A stretch of DNA of 64,000 nucleotides from a virus (lineage: Duplodnaviria; Heunggongvirae; Uroviricota; Caudoviricetes), in IMG/VR virus record IMGVR_UViG_3300003310_000099, positions 309,405-373,404 of that record; one strand, given 5' to 3'. The notes beneath the pieces were generated by a model. That model ran no database searches, was not told the origin of the DNA, and worked only from the letters and a program-made list of their open reading frames with translations. Made by a program: the position numbers and the translations under genes. Positions 25,761 to 34,709 of the stretch are shown here, one piece after another. The number at the start of each line of letters is the position of its first letter. Position 1 is the stretch's first letter.

Positions 25761-27053
25761 ATGACAGATATCATAAATTTAGAAGATTGGCTAGAGGCAT
25801 ATGGGACTGGTACTGACACTATTGATACTCCAGCGGGCACTCCCCCTGGCAATCCAGGCGGAATGAATCCTGCTGCTGCGCCCCAAGGTGATCCAAATAT
25901 TGCTAATATGCCGCCAGAAGAAATGGACAGTCATCCAGACGAGAATGATCCGTCTTCTGATCCTCAGACTCCAGACATGCCAGAAGAAAAAGAGCATCTG
26001 GACTATGAACAATGGAAAAAACAATTCCTACTTGCGTCCGTTAAGGGCGATGTTCAAGAGATGAAAGAACTGTTAAACGACGTTAAAGACCGTGATCTTG
26101 ACTCTTATCAAAGGAAATTTGTAGACGACAACATGCAGATTGTTGGACTTCGTGAATTTACGAATATTGAAAAAGCTTCGAAGGAAATCAAGAAGTTAAT
26201 CAAGGACAACTTGGACCATAACAATCCAGGCACTTCTTTGGCAGAGTATATCACGCAGGTTTTGGATACGATTCCTTTATTGAATCCTATTTTCATTAAA
26301 TTGGCTGGTATGCATGGCATCAAAGCAGACTTACATCGTAAGTACATTGCTTCTTTAACAGGGTCTGTTCAGGTTGGTAGTGGCAGCAATACAGAAGACT
26401 TGATTTACAATGACAAAGATTATTCTATTCGCATTTCGACTAGAATGAATGCTAGATTTGGTGATGTTTATATTGGCAGTTGGAATTTAAGGGCTGATGA
26501 CCCAGAGAGATATTTAAAGCCACCAGAGCTTCAGCGTCTTCATGAAGGCAGTCCAGAAGAAAAGGATGCTTTGAAGAAAAGAGTTATTATCGAATCAATA
26601 TCTGAAACATGGAAGACCAGGGCATTTATCATTAATGTGGTTGATACAGATGGTACTATTTACACGATTGGTTGGGACATTGCCACGGCTTTGAAATCTG
26701 CATTTACTGAAGGGAAGCTTTTAGTAAAGACTAAGAGTAACGATGGTTCTGAAGCTATGATTGATAAGGATGGTGCTATTGTATCGTTTGATGATATGAA
26801 GATTGTGTATGTGAAGGACACTGGTGAGATAGACGAGGAAGGCAATACTTTCAAGAGAGAGTCTGAGTTTATCAACAAGAAGAATGGTCAGTTATATTTG
26901 ACTGCTAATTTAGGGACGATTAAAGGTGCAGCATCTAGTTTCCCTGGCATGAAGGTAAAGGAAACACCTTGGCAGGGAAATCCAAGTGACTTGAAAACCC
27001 TGCAAAGGTGTGTTCCATCTGCATCTGAAATTCTTATGAGAACTTGCGGTTAA
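25761..27053 (+). CDS. hypothetical (putative virion) protein
   Basis: 430-aa ORF with Pro/acidic N-terminus. Confidence 0.75.
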   Translation: MTDIINLEDWLEAYGTGTDTIDTPAGTPPGNPGGMNPAAAPQGDPNIANMPPEEMDSHPDENDPSSDPQTPDMPEEKEHLDYEQWKKQFLLASVKGDVQEMKELLNDVKDRDLDSYQRKFVDDNMQIVGLREFTNIEKASKEIKKLIKDNLDHNNPGTSLAEYITQVLDTIPLLNPIFIKLAGMHGIKADLHRKYIASLTGSVQVGSGSNTEDLIYNDKDYSIRISTRMNARFGDVYIGSWNLRADDPERYLKPPELQRLHEGSPEEKDALKKRVIIESISETWKTRAFIINVVDTDGTIYTIGWDIATALKSAFTEGKLLVKTKSNDGSEAMIDKDGAIVSFDDMKIVYVKDTGEIDEEGNTFKRESEFINKKNGQLYLTANLGTIKGAASSFPGMKVKETPWQGNPSDLKTLQRCVPSASEILMRTCG

Positions 27054-27619
27054 CGAATGCCTAGATATCCATATTCAATTTTAATTGAATTGACCATATC
27101 TTTTGGTATTGTCATTGGTGCAAAAGACCCTAATTTTTCTAGGTCTTCATATGCAGCTACTGTCATAATGCCTCTATGGGCTTCCGTCTTTGTTTCAGGT
27201 GGTCGAGTATAAATCTTGTACAACTCACCTTTTTTTGAAACCTGATTAAGGTCAAGAACTTTGACAATTAACTCTCTAAGGTCTTTTGTGTGATATATTC
27301 CAAATTGGGCTTTTGTGATGAATTTGTTTTCTTCATACACCATAAGTTGTGCAATTAATTTGTCCTTAAACGCCCATCCAGACCCAATTGCGCCATTAGC
27401 CTTTGCCAATTCAAGCCAACTCGTATTTGGTGGAATACGGTTCTTTCTTGCTTTTACGTCGATTGGTCTGCCATCTAAGTAACCATCAGCCCCAGCGCAA
27501 TCTTCTTTGAGACTGCTATTCAAGAAGTTTTGCTTACGCAAACGACACACTTCCTTGAATAAGTTTTCTGCAAATTCACCTTCCCGCCCAGCACCACGAT
27601 TGTCGTACCTATGTCTCAT
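27050..27619 (-). CDS. PD-(D/E)xK nuclease-like protein
   Basis: G..AE, ADG..IDVKARK, WLE. Confidence 0.6.
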   Translation of the reverse strand: MRHRYDNRGAGREGEFAENLFKEVCRLRKQNFLNSSLKEDCAGADGYLDGRPIDVKARKNRIPPNTSWLELAKANGAIGSGWAFKDKLIAQLMVYEENKFITKAQFGIYHTKDLRELIVKVLDLNQVSKKGELYKIYTRPPETKTEAHRGIMTVAAYEDLEKLGSFAPMTIPKDMVNSIKIEYGYLGIR

Positions 27620-27763
27620 AATACGATCCTCAACATATATTAACAACCTATTCCTCCAATGGCATTGAAATGACGCATTTCAGTTTCATTTGATTTGTAG
27701 GTTACTAACGAAAGATATAGTATCTGATGCTAAAAAATAAGTCAATGTTACTAAATACTCTCA

Positions 27764-28252
27764 ATGTCAAAGTTTTTCGAATTTATTGATAAGAAGGAAA
27801 GAGAAGCCAAGCATCAATTGAAGATAATTGAAAAAATCCTTGGTGGTCATGGTTTTGTGGTTAAGGACCACATTGGCAATGACGATCCGTATGTTTTTGT
27901 TTACAACCCAAAGAAAAACACGTTTTTCGATGGGATTAGAATCTACAAAGTGGGGGATCAACTTTCTTTCCGTGTTCAAAAAGAAGAAAAGACTCATCCA
28001 TTTGGAAAGGCATATCCATTGGCGATTGAGGATATGTTTACGGATTTGGTATCCGACTTTAAACCAGAAGAAGCTGGCAAGAAAATAATAGAAGCAGTTT
28101 TAACTGAGGTGAAGAAGTTTTTTGAAAAGAGTTCAGAAGCTGAAAAGGATATTAGAGACAAACAGTTTGATAAAGACCCATTCGGTAAGGTTCAGGTAAG
28201 GTCAAGTGATTATGGAATGGATTACAGTAATCTTACTTACATGAAGGCGTAA
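27764..28252 (+). CDS. hypothetical protein
   Basis: CTAAATA box 6 nt before the ATG. Confidence 0.75.
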   Translation: MSKFFEFIDKKEREAKHQLKIIEKILGGHGFVVKDHIGNDDPYVFVYNPKKNTFFDGIRIYKVGDQLSFRVQKEEKTHPFGKAYPLAIEDMFTDLVSDFKPEEAGKKIIEAVLTEVKKFFEKSSEAEKDIRDKQFDKDPFGKVQVRSSDYGMDYSNLTYMKA

Positions 28253-28442
28253 TATTTCTGCCGAATGTCATATTTCTTTGTAATCTAATTTCGGGGTTTC
28301 TGAAGGACCAGCATTCGCCTGTTTCGTCAATGAACACAATCCAGATCATTTCATGTTCCTGCGAGTAGTCTAGTATGAAATGTGCAAAGCCTTTTCCTTT
28401 GGGTGTTTCAAGAGGGATTGTTGGGTTTAATTGAAGGATCAT
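28233..28442 (-). CDS. small phage protein
   Basis: QLNPTIPLETPKGKGFAHFILDYSQEH..GECWSF. Confidence 0.65.
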   Translation of the reverse strand: MILQLNPTIPLETPKGKGFAHFILDYSQEHEMIWIVFIDETGECWSFRNPEIRLQRNMTFGRNITPSCK

Positions 28443-28456
28443 ATATATAATTTAGT

Positions 28457-28957
28457 ATGGCTGACATTCAATTACCGCCGAATATAAGTAAACTTTGGCA
28501 AGCTACAGAGTTCCCACAGAAGAACAGGACAAAAGTAGTTCATAAAGGAAGTGTGATTAACTTCTTTTATATGGGGCAAAGAAGAACACCAATTCATGAT
28601 CCTTATCCTCTGGTATTGGTTTCGGATATTTTCACAGATGCAGTAAGAGGGGTTAATTTGAATTTACTAGATGCGCCATACGTTACATCACTAATAAAAA
28701 CTTATTTAGACACACCTTTTTCTTATGTTAATATAAAAACAGACAATTATATTACTAATGCATTTAGAACTTATAAAAGAAGTGGTATTAGTAGTTTGCG
28801 AATGATGGATGGTGATTTCTTGAAGGGGTTGGCGGCGGTAGCAAGGTCGCTTGATGTTAATGAGATTGAGCAGATTAGGAGTCAGATTGAAACTTTAATC
28901 AGGCAGGCATCGCAGCAACCTGTAGCAGAACCAGGAGAAATGGATTTTAATTCATAA
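28457..28957 (+). CDS. T4 gp2-like DNA end protector
   Basis: G..I.F.Y..HDPYPLVL..GVNLN.L..FRTY; located before the tape measure gene. Confidence 0.5.
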   Translation: MADIQLPPNISKLWQATEFPQKNRTKVVHKGSVINFFYMGQRRTPIHDPYPLVLVSDIFTDAVRGVNLNLLDAPYVTSLIKTYLDTPFSYVNIKTDNYITNAFRTYKRSGISSLRMMDGDFLKGLAAVARSLDVNEIEQIRSQIETLIRQASQQPVAEPGEMDFNS

Positions 28958-28979
28958 ATTTAATAATAGATAAGGTAAC

Positions 28980-31900
28980 ATGGCGCAAGATATCTTCGGC
29001 AGAATAGTCAGCATTGATGATAATGTTTCAGCTATTAAGGCACAGTTATTACAGAGTGTTGGCGCAAAAACTGCCAATACAGGGAGTACAGACGATAAGC
29101 CTGTAGAGAAACTTATCAAGCAAATTGATACTATTACTGGCTATAATCTAGACCAAGAATTAAAGAAGTTCAAAGATTCGCTTGAAGATATTAGAAAAAT
29201 ATATGACGACATGGCTGCAAAGAAGGCTCAAAGGAGAAGTTCGGGAAGTGCTGGCGTTACTTCCGCATCGGAGAGCTTGCAAAAAAGTTTGACCAAAGTG
29301 ATTAAGCAGACAGAAGCTAGTCTTGTTGATTTTGGCACTAGAATAACTGAAGCATTAGATAAAGTGACAAAGCAAATTTCTAAGGCTGCTGAGACTGGCA
29401 AGATACCAGGCGCACCAGCGGCGGCTAAGAAAAGCACAAAAGATTTAGCTGATCGCATTTGTGAATGTCTCAAAGAACTAACAGGAGGTCGTGGTGGAAG
29501 AGGCAAAGGACGGGGACGTGGACTTGATGGTGATGATGATGGTTATGGTGGTCGAAGAGGCAGAAGGGGTTGGCGTCCACCACCAAATCGTGAATATGCA
29601 AGAAGACTAGACTTAGCCAAAGCTAAAGGTGATGAATATGACAGGGGTAGAGGCAAGGGGGGGTATCTCCCAGGCAGGGCTATGGCAGGATATGATAGAT
29701 TGCAAGCGTATTCAACTGATTCGGCAGAAGGTAAAAAAGCAATTGTCAACGACATAGTAACAGGTGTTAGTAAGGGCGTTGGTGGAGTAGTAGGCGGCTT
29801 AACAGCTTTACTTGCTGGACCTTTGGCGGGAGGTTTCGTTGGAGGATTTGCCGAAGGTCTAATCAGTCTTATTTTCAAACCATTGGCAGAGCAATTTGAG
29901 GCACTGAGTCAAAGAGCAACTTTGATTTATAGTCAAATCGGGTCAGACGCCGCAGATGCAGCATTAAAGCAAAAAGCATTACTGTTTGCTAATGAAGATG
30001 TTTTAGAGGTTGGTGTGTCTCTTAGTAAATTAGAGAAAACAAGGAACAAAAATGCTAAGAAGGGCATCACAGATGCAAAGGTACTAAGGGCTGTAACTAA
30101 AACTGGTTTACAGTTATCTTCACAAATAGGTTCAAACGCTGAAGAAACGGCTGATATGTTTGGTGTTTGGAATACGCAACTAGATTTAAGTGCTAATAAG
30201 CTTAATGTTATATCTCGTAATATGTTGACCGTTTCCAGGCAAACAGGTTTAACTGGAGATAATCTATTGAAAGTAGCACAGCAGTCTCAGAGCTTTATGA
30301 CCAATATGAGAAATGCTGGTACATTTACCGCTAATGCTGCAAATAACATTATAGGTTTCTTGGCGCGTGCAGAGAAAACTGGCACAAGTGCGGGTGCGAG
30401 GAACATATTAGAGGTGTTGAAAGGTAGCGTTCTAAATGCTGGCGATCAAGATACTGCAAATTTATTACTACAAGCTGCTGGACGTGATATGGACGTTCAA
30501 GACAAGCTTACAAAAGGAACAGCGCTTAATGATAAAAGGAGTCTGAAAGTATTGGGTAGTGGTATGCGCAACCTGTTGCAACAGGTTCTAGGAAGATTTG
30601 GCGCTACTAGCATGAAACAATTAACGCCTGAACAAGCAGGCGAAGCAGACCTTGTTATGAAGGGACTTACTAGAGGTAAATATGGTGCTAAGGAAATAGA
30701 ACTTATTAGTGAACATTTAGAAGATTTAGGTAAGAACTTTGGTGAACAGATAAAGGATATTGAGAAGAGTAAAAAATTAACCGTAGGCGAGAAACAAACA
30801 CAGATACAAGATTTAACATACAATGCAGCAGCGGCGGCTTTGAGTGATTTCACTGATATATTAGAAAGAAGGGGAGGTAATGTAAATGCTTCATTCGAAG
30901 AACTAAATCGAAGGTCTGCGGATTTAGCACCTTTGCTTAAAACCCTTGGTGTGGATGCTAACAAGAGTGGTGATGCTATCGGTGCGCTGATTGATTTGCA
31001 ACACAAACAGTTAATGGAGGATGCTAAGAAGTTTAAGTTAGAGAGTAAGTTTGGGGAGTTAGGCATAACAGATGAAGCGATTAAAAAGGCAAAAGGCGGG
31101 GACAGAGAAGCATTGTCAGCACTTCAAGAGGGTTTTAATGAAATCCAAAGAAGAATAGCTGAGGAAAAAAGAGCAACTACTGATCCCGCATTCGCAGTAC
31201 AAAGAAACTTAGAACTATTAAGGGCAACAATAGACAATGAAATTGCTAAAGTTCTTGCAGCAGAACTGCCAAAAATAAGTAAATGGCTTACCGAGAAAAT
31301 GCCTGAATTCCAAGAATGGATTAAGGCCAATGTTCCTAAAATTATTGATGGTATCGCTGAGTTAATCACTTGGGCAACCAAGAATTTTGATGTTTTGGTC
31401 AATATAGCAAAAGCATTGGGCATTGCTTATGTCGCAACAAAGGTTGGAGGATTGGTTGGTGGCATGGGAGGTGGAGGTGTAGGTGGCGGAAAAGGTGCAG
31501 GAGGAAATCTGCGTGGTGCGGCTGGAGCAACGGCATTGACAGGATTAGCTTTAGTTATAGCAGATCAAACAATGAGCCTTATAGAGTTCAATAAAGGCGT
31601 GGATGAGTGGCGTGGCAAAATTGATGAACAAACGAAAGCAACAATACAAAACACAGAGAATTTAATTAAAAATTCTGGCGCATTATTAAAGAAAAGTCCA
31701 GAAGAACTTCAGGCGGATATAGCCGCAGCAAAGAAACAACAAGAAGGTTTAAAACAAGCCCAAAAACAACTTAACGAAGCAGCAGATAGTGCAGTGGTAC
31801 GCATTGCCGAAGTTTTACCGTGGACTGGCGATCCAGCAGCAACTCGAAAAGCGCTGCAAGCTCAAATAGACGCAGAACAAAACCTGGCACGAACGAAGGA

Positions 31901-33731
31901 AATAGAAAATAGAAGGAATTTGGCTATTAAACAAGCCCAGGCCAGACCAATTGAAACAGAGAGGAGAATTACAAGCATTCAGTCAGGAATAACAGATCAA
32001 CAGACTAGAATGAAAAAAGAACAAGAAGCTATAGACAAACTAAAAGAACAATTCGAAGCAGAGAAAGAAAGATTGGGATGGCGAGTAGCAGACCCTGGTA
32101 TTGTTTATTTTCCTAGCAAACTTTTCGAAAATTTGAAAAGAGAAATCTATCAAAGAGAATATGGTATGTCTACAGGGAAAAATGAAGCTGGAATTAAGAG
32201 CTATGGTGAACGTGAAGAAGATTTCCGACAATTAGCGATGGAAAAAGCTGCTTTAAAAAAGGCTAAAGCAGATGCGATATTTGAAATGAACAAAGATAAA
32301 GTTCCTGAAAGATTTCATGAGACATTAAGAGTAGCAGCAGAAAAACTTGCAGATGTTGCGCCTAATTTCGATACCCTTGATGTAGTGAGTGGTAAAATTG
32401 CGGATGAGTTGTTGGAGTTCAATTCCAAGTTGTCCCAGATGGCTGGAAAAGCCATAAATTTAATGGATGCTAATAAAGACTTAGTATTTCAGGTTGCTGC
32501 TGCACAAAAGAAAATGGATATGAATACAGCATTAAAAAAAATGGCGAGTTCGGCAGCTAGCGATTTCATTGCCCATGCATCCCAGGCAAAAAGAAAAGAA
32601 TTTGAAACATATATGAAAAGTGTATTGGGATTAAAGGCCGCGCCAGGAACAACTGATTTTGGTAAAGAGCTTAGTGAAGCAGACCCAGAAAAGTTCAGAG
32701 ATGCTTTGAAAGGGTATATATCAGAATACAAAGATGATAGTTCGTTAAAACATGCATTAGCCGAATTAACAGAAGCAATTAAAAAAAGAAATCAGCAGGA
32801 GACTGACCCAGCTATTATGTTCAAACAAGCTTCATTACAAAGGATAAATGATTGGTTTAAGAACAATGCAATGAATCCAAATGCTCCTGCTCAACAAAAA
32901 GCTTACAACAAAATTGCTAGAGGCGATGTTGCTGGCGAGACACTAGACCAAACACTACTAAGAAAAAGACTTGCTCTTACAAAGGAACAACAAAGTCAAC
33001 TAGGCATTACAGACAGTAGCAAATTAGATATGGGTTTATATAACGAGTTGGCTAACGTTTTATATTCTTGGGAACCAGGCGGTGAAGGCACTAAAAAGTT
33101 CCTTGAAGAAAATGCAAAAAGGCTTGATGAAAACATAGTAAGAGAAATGTTTAAATCCTTTGGGCAAGTTTTACCAAAGACTTTAGAAGATAAAATAAAA
33201 ATTGAGCGTACAGCAGAGGAAAAAAGATTAGGTGCTGAATTACAAAAATTGGCACAAAATGGCAATAAAGGTGGGTCTATATTCACTCATGACATGAATG
33301 TTGAAGAATCATTAGAGTGGATTTGGGAATCTATAGAAAGTATCAGCAGCAACTCAGCAGCTATCATTGAAAGATTAGATACAATGATAGAGTTGCAAAG
33401 TGAAATTGCAGCGGTGTCTGCTATGTTGCCTGGCATTGATGTAGAAGAGGAAATTAAAAAAAGGCAAATGAATGCAGGTACTGGAACAAGTGAAATTGTT
33501 GCTAACACTGGAGAGACGGCTGAAAACACTCGTAGGACTGCAATCTTGATGGGTGCCCTTCTAAACTGTTTTAGAAGGGCAGGCAGAGGTCGTGCTACAA
33601 ATAATATTGCAGGTGAAAACCTAGATGAATCGCCATTTTTCGATCAATTTATAGATTGTGAATGGGTTGACACCACTGCAAGATCAACAGCATATGTATG
33701 GAAACAAGGTAATATAGGCAAGAAAAATTAA
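28980..33731 (+). CDS. Tape measure protein
   Basis: 1583 aa, Ala/Lys-rich helical composition, Gly-rich hydrophobic segments, directly upstream of baseplate genes. Confidence 0.7.
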   Translation: MAQDIFGRIVSIDDNVSAIKAQLLQSVGAKTANTGSTDDKPVEKLIKQIDTITGYNLDQELKKFKDSLEDIRKIYDDMAAKKAQRRSSGSAGVTSASESLQKSLTKVIKQTEASLVDFGTRITEALDKVTKQISKAAETGKIPGAPAAAKKSTKDLADRICECLKELTGGRGGRGKGRGRGLDGDDDGYGGRRGRRGWRPPPNREYARRLDLAKAKGDEYDRGRGKGGYLPGRAMAGYDRLQAYSTDSAEGKKAIVNDIVTGVSKGVGGVVGGLTALLAGPLAGGFVGGFAEGLISLIFKPLAEQFEALSQRATLIYSQIGSDAADAALKQKALLFANEDVLEVGVSLSKLEKTRNKNAKKGITDAKVLRAVTKTGLQLSSQIGSNAEETADMFGVWNTQLDLSANKLNVISRNMLTVSRQTGLTGDNLLKVAQQSQSFMTNMRNAGTFTANAANNIIGFLARAEKTGTSAGARNILEVLKGSVLNAGDQDTANLLLQAAGRDMDVQDKLTKGTALNDKRSLKVLGSGMRNLLQQVLGRFGATSMKQLTPEQAGEADLVMKGLTRGKYGAKEIELISEHLEDLGKNFGEQIKDIEKSKKLTVGEKQTQIQDLTYNAAAAALSDFTDILERRGGNVNASFEELNRRSADLAPLLKTLGVDANKSGDAIGALIDLQHKQLMEDAKKFKLESKFGELGITDEAIKKAKGGDREALSALQEGFNEIQRRIAEEKRATTDPAFAVQRNLELLRATIDNEIAKVLAAELPKISKWLTEKMPEFQEWIKANVPKIIDGIAELITWATKNFDVLVNIAKALGIAYVATKVGGLVGGMGGGGVGGGKGAGGNLRGAAGATALTGLALVIADQTMSLIEFNKGVDEWRGKIDEQTKATIQNTENLIKNSGALLKKSPEELQADIAAAKKQQEGLKQAQKQLNEAADSAVVRIAEVLPWTGDPAATRKALQAQIDAEQNLARTKEIENRRNLAIKQAQARPIETERRITSIQSGITDQQTRMKKEQEAIDKLKEQFEAEKERLGWRVADPGIVYFPSKLFENLKREIYQREYGMSTGKNEAGIKSYGEREEDFRQLAMEKAALKKAKADAIFEMNKDKVPERFHETLRVAAEKLADVAPNFDTLDVVSGKIADELLEFNSKLSQMAGKAINLMDANKDLVFQVAAAQKKMDMNTALKKMASSAASDFIAHASQAKRKEFETYMKSVLGLKAAPGTTDFGKELSEADPEKFRDALKGYISEYKDDSSLKHALAELTEAIKKRNQQETDPAIMFKQASLQRINDWFKNNAMNPNAPAQQKAYNKIARGDVAGETLDQTLLRKRLALTKEQQSQLGITDSSKLDMGLYNELANVLYSWEPGGEGTKKFLEENAKRLDENIVREMFKSFGQVLPKTLEDKIKIERTAEEKRLGAELQKLAQNGNKGGSIFTHDMNVEESLEWIWESIESISSNSAAIIERLDTMIELQSEIAAVSAMLPGIDVEEEIKKRQMNAGTGTSEIVANTGETAENTRRTAILMGALLNCFRRAGRGRATNNIAGENLDESPFFDQFIDCEWVDTTARSTAYVWKQGNIGKKN

Positions 33732-33739
33732 GGAGATTG

Positions 33740-34369
33740 ATGCCAAGAGGTACAGAGAATGATGGGCGTTTAGCAGTATTAAGTAAGTGTAAGATCATTA
33801 CGCCTTGTGGTACAATTTGTTTAAGAATATTACCAGATATTTCTGACAGTAAAGCCGCACATTATGCTCCAGAAAACGCAATAGGAAGAAGTAATCCGTT
33901 GATTACATATGCCTATTCTGAGCCAAGAATGATTAACACTGAACTACACTTCATGACAACAAAAACAGACGACATTAATGATAATTGGAGGGCATTAAGA
34001 ATAATACAAAGTTTAGTATATCCTGGCACTGCTCTTTTAGATGGTGCTGTGCCGTTTACGCCACCGCCTGTGGTAAAATTTATATGTGGTGATTTATTAG
34101 ATGGCCCTAATGGATTGTGTTTGATATTAAAAAGTTACAACACAAGGTATCCAACTAATGTTGCATGGGACGAGCAGACCTATTTGCCTTATCAATTTTC
34201 AATAAGTTGTAATTGGGAAGTGGTCTACGCTTGTAAGAATTTGCCATCAAATAATTGTGTGCCTAGTAATCCATGTGGACAAAGTGGCCCGCAATCTTGT
34301 CAACCAGTCACGGGCGTCGGTATTCCTTATGTTTCACAAGGCAGCAATCTTAAACCTGTAACTGGATAA
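33740..34369 (+). CDS. Baseplate/tail-tube initiator-like protein
   Basis: GRSNP..Y, YP..PPP.V.F..G motif; synteny. Confidence 0.55.
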   Translation: MPRGTENDGRLAVLSKCKIITPCGTICLRILPDISDSKAAHYAPENAIGRSNPLITYAYSEPRMINTELHFMTTKTDDINDNWRALRIIQSLVYPGTALLDGAVPFTPPPVVKFICGDLLDGPNGLCLILKSYNTRYPTNVAWDEQTYLPYQFSISCNWEVVYACKNLPSNNCVPSNPCGQSGPQSCQPVTGVGIPYVSQGSNLKPVTG

Positions 34370-34374
34370 ATATT

Positions 34375-34701
34375 ATGGCAAATGAAATAAGTTATACTAA
34401 TTATGGTACTCAAAACCTAGTGGCTTCCACTAGTCGTTATGCATCCAGAAATGTTATTCACTACGGTAGTGATAAAAAAGCTGCTTTTACGGTTAATAGC
34501 AAGAAAGTTATTGGTATTGTGCCAGGGGACAAATTCTATGAAATCCAAAAAGACATGGAGTTTAGACCAGATTTAGTGTCAAACCATTTTTTTGGAATGC
34601 CAGATTTATGGTGGCGAATTATGGAAATTAACGGAATGAAAGATATCATGGAATTTAGATCGGGAAGAAATATAAGAATACCTAATAGCTTTTTAATGTA
34701 A
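34375..34701 (+). CDS. LysM-like baseplate wedge protein (T4 gp53-like)
   Basis: RPDLVS..FFG..LWWRIME.NG..G..IRIP. Confidence 0.7.
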   Translation: MANEISYTNYGTQNLVASTSRYASRNVIHYGSDKKAAFTVNSKKVIGIVPGDKFYEIQKDMEFRPDLVSNHFFGMPDLWWRIMEINGMKDIMEFRSGRNIRIPNSFLM

Positions 34702-34709
34702 GGAGTAAA

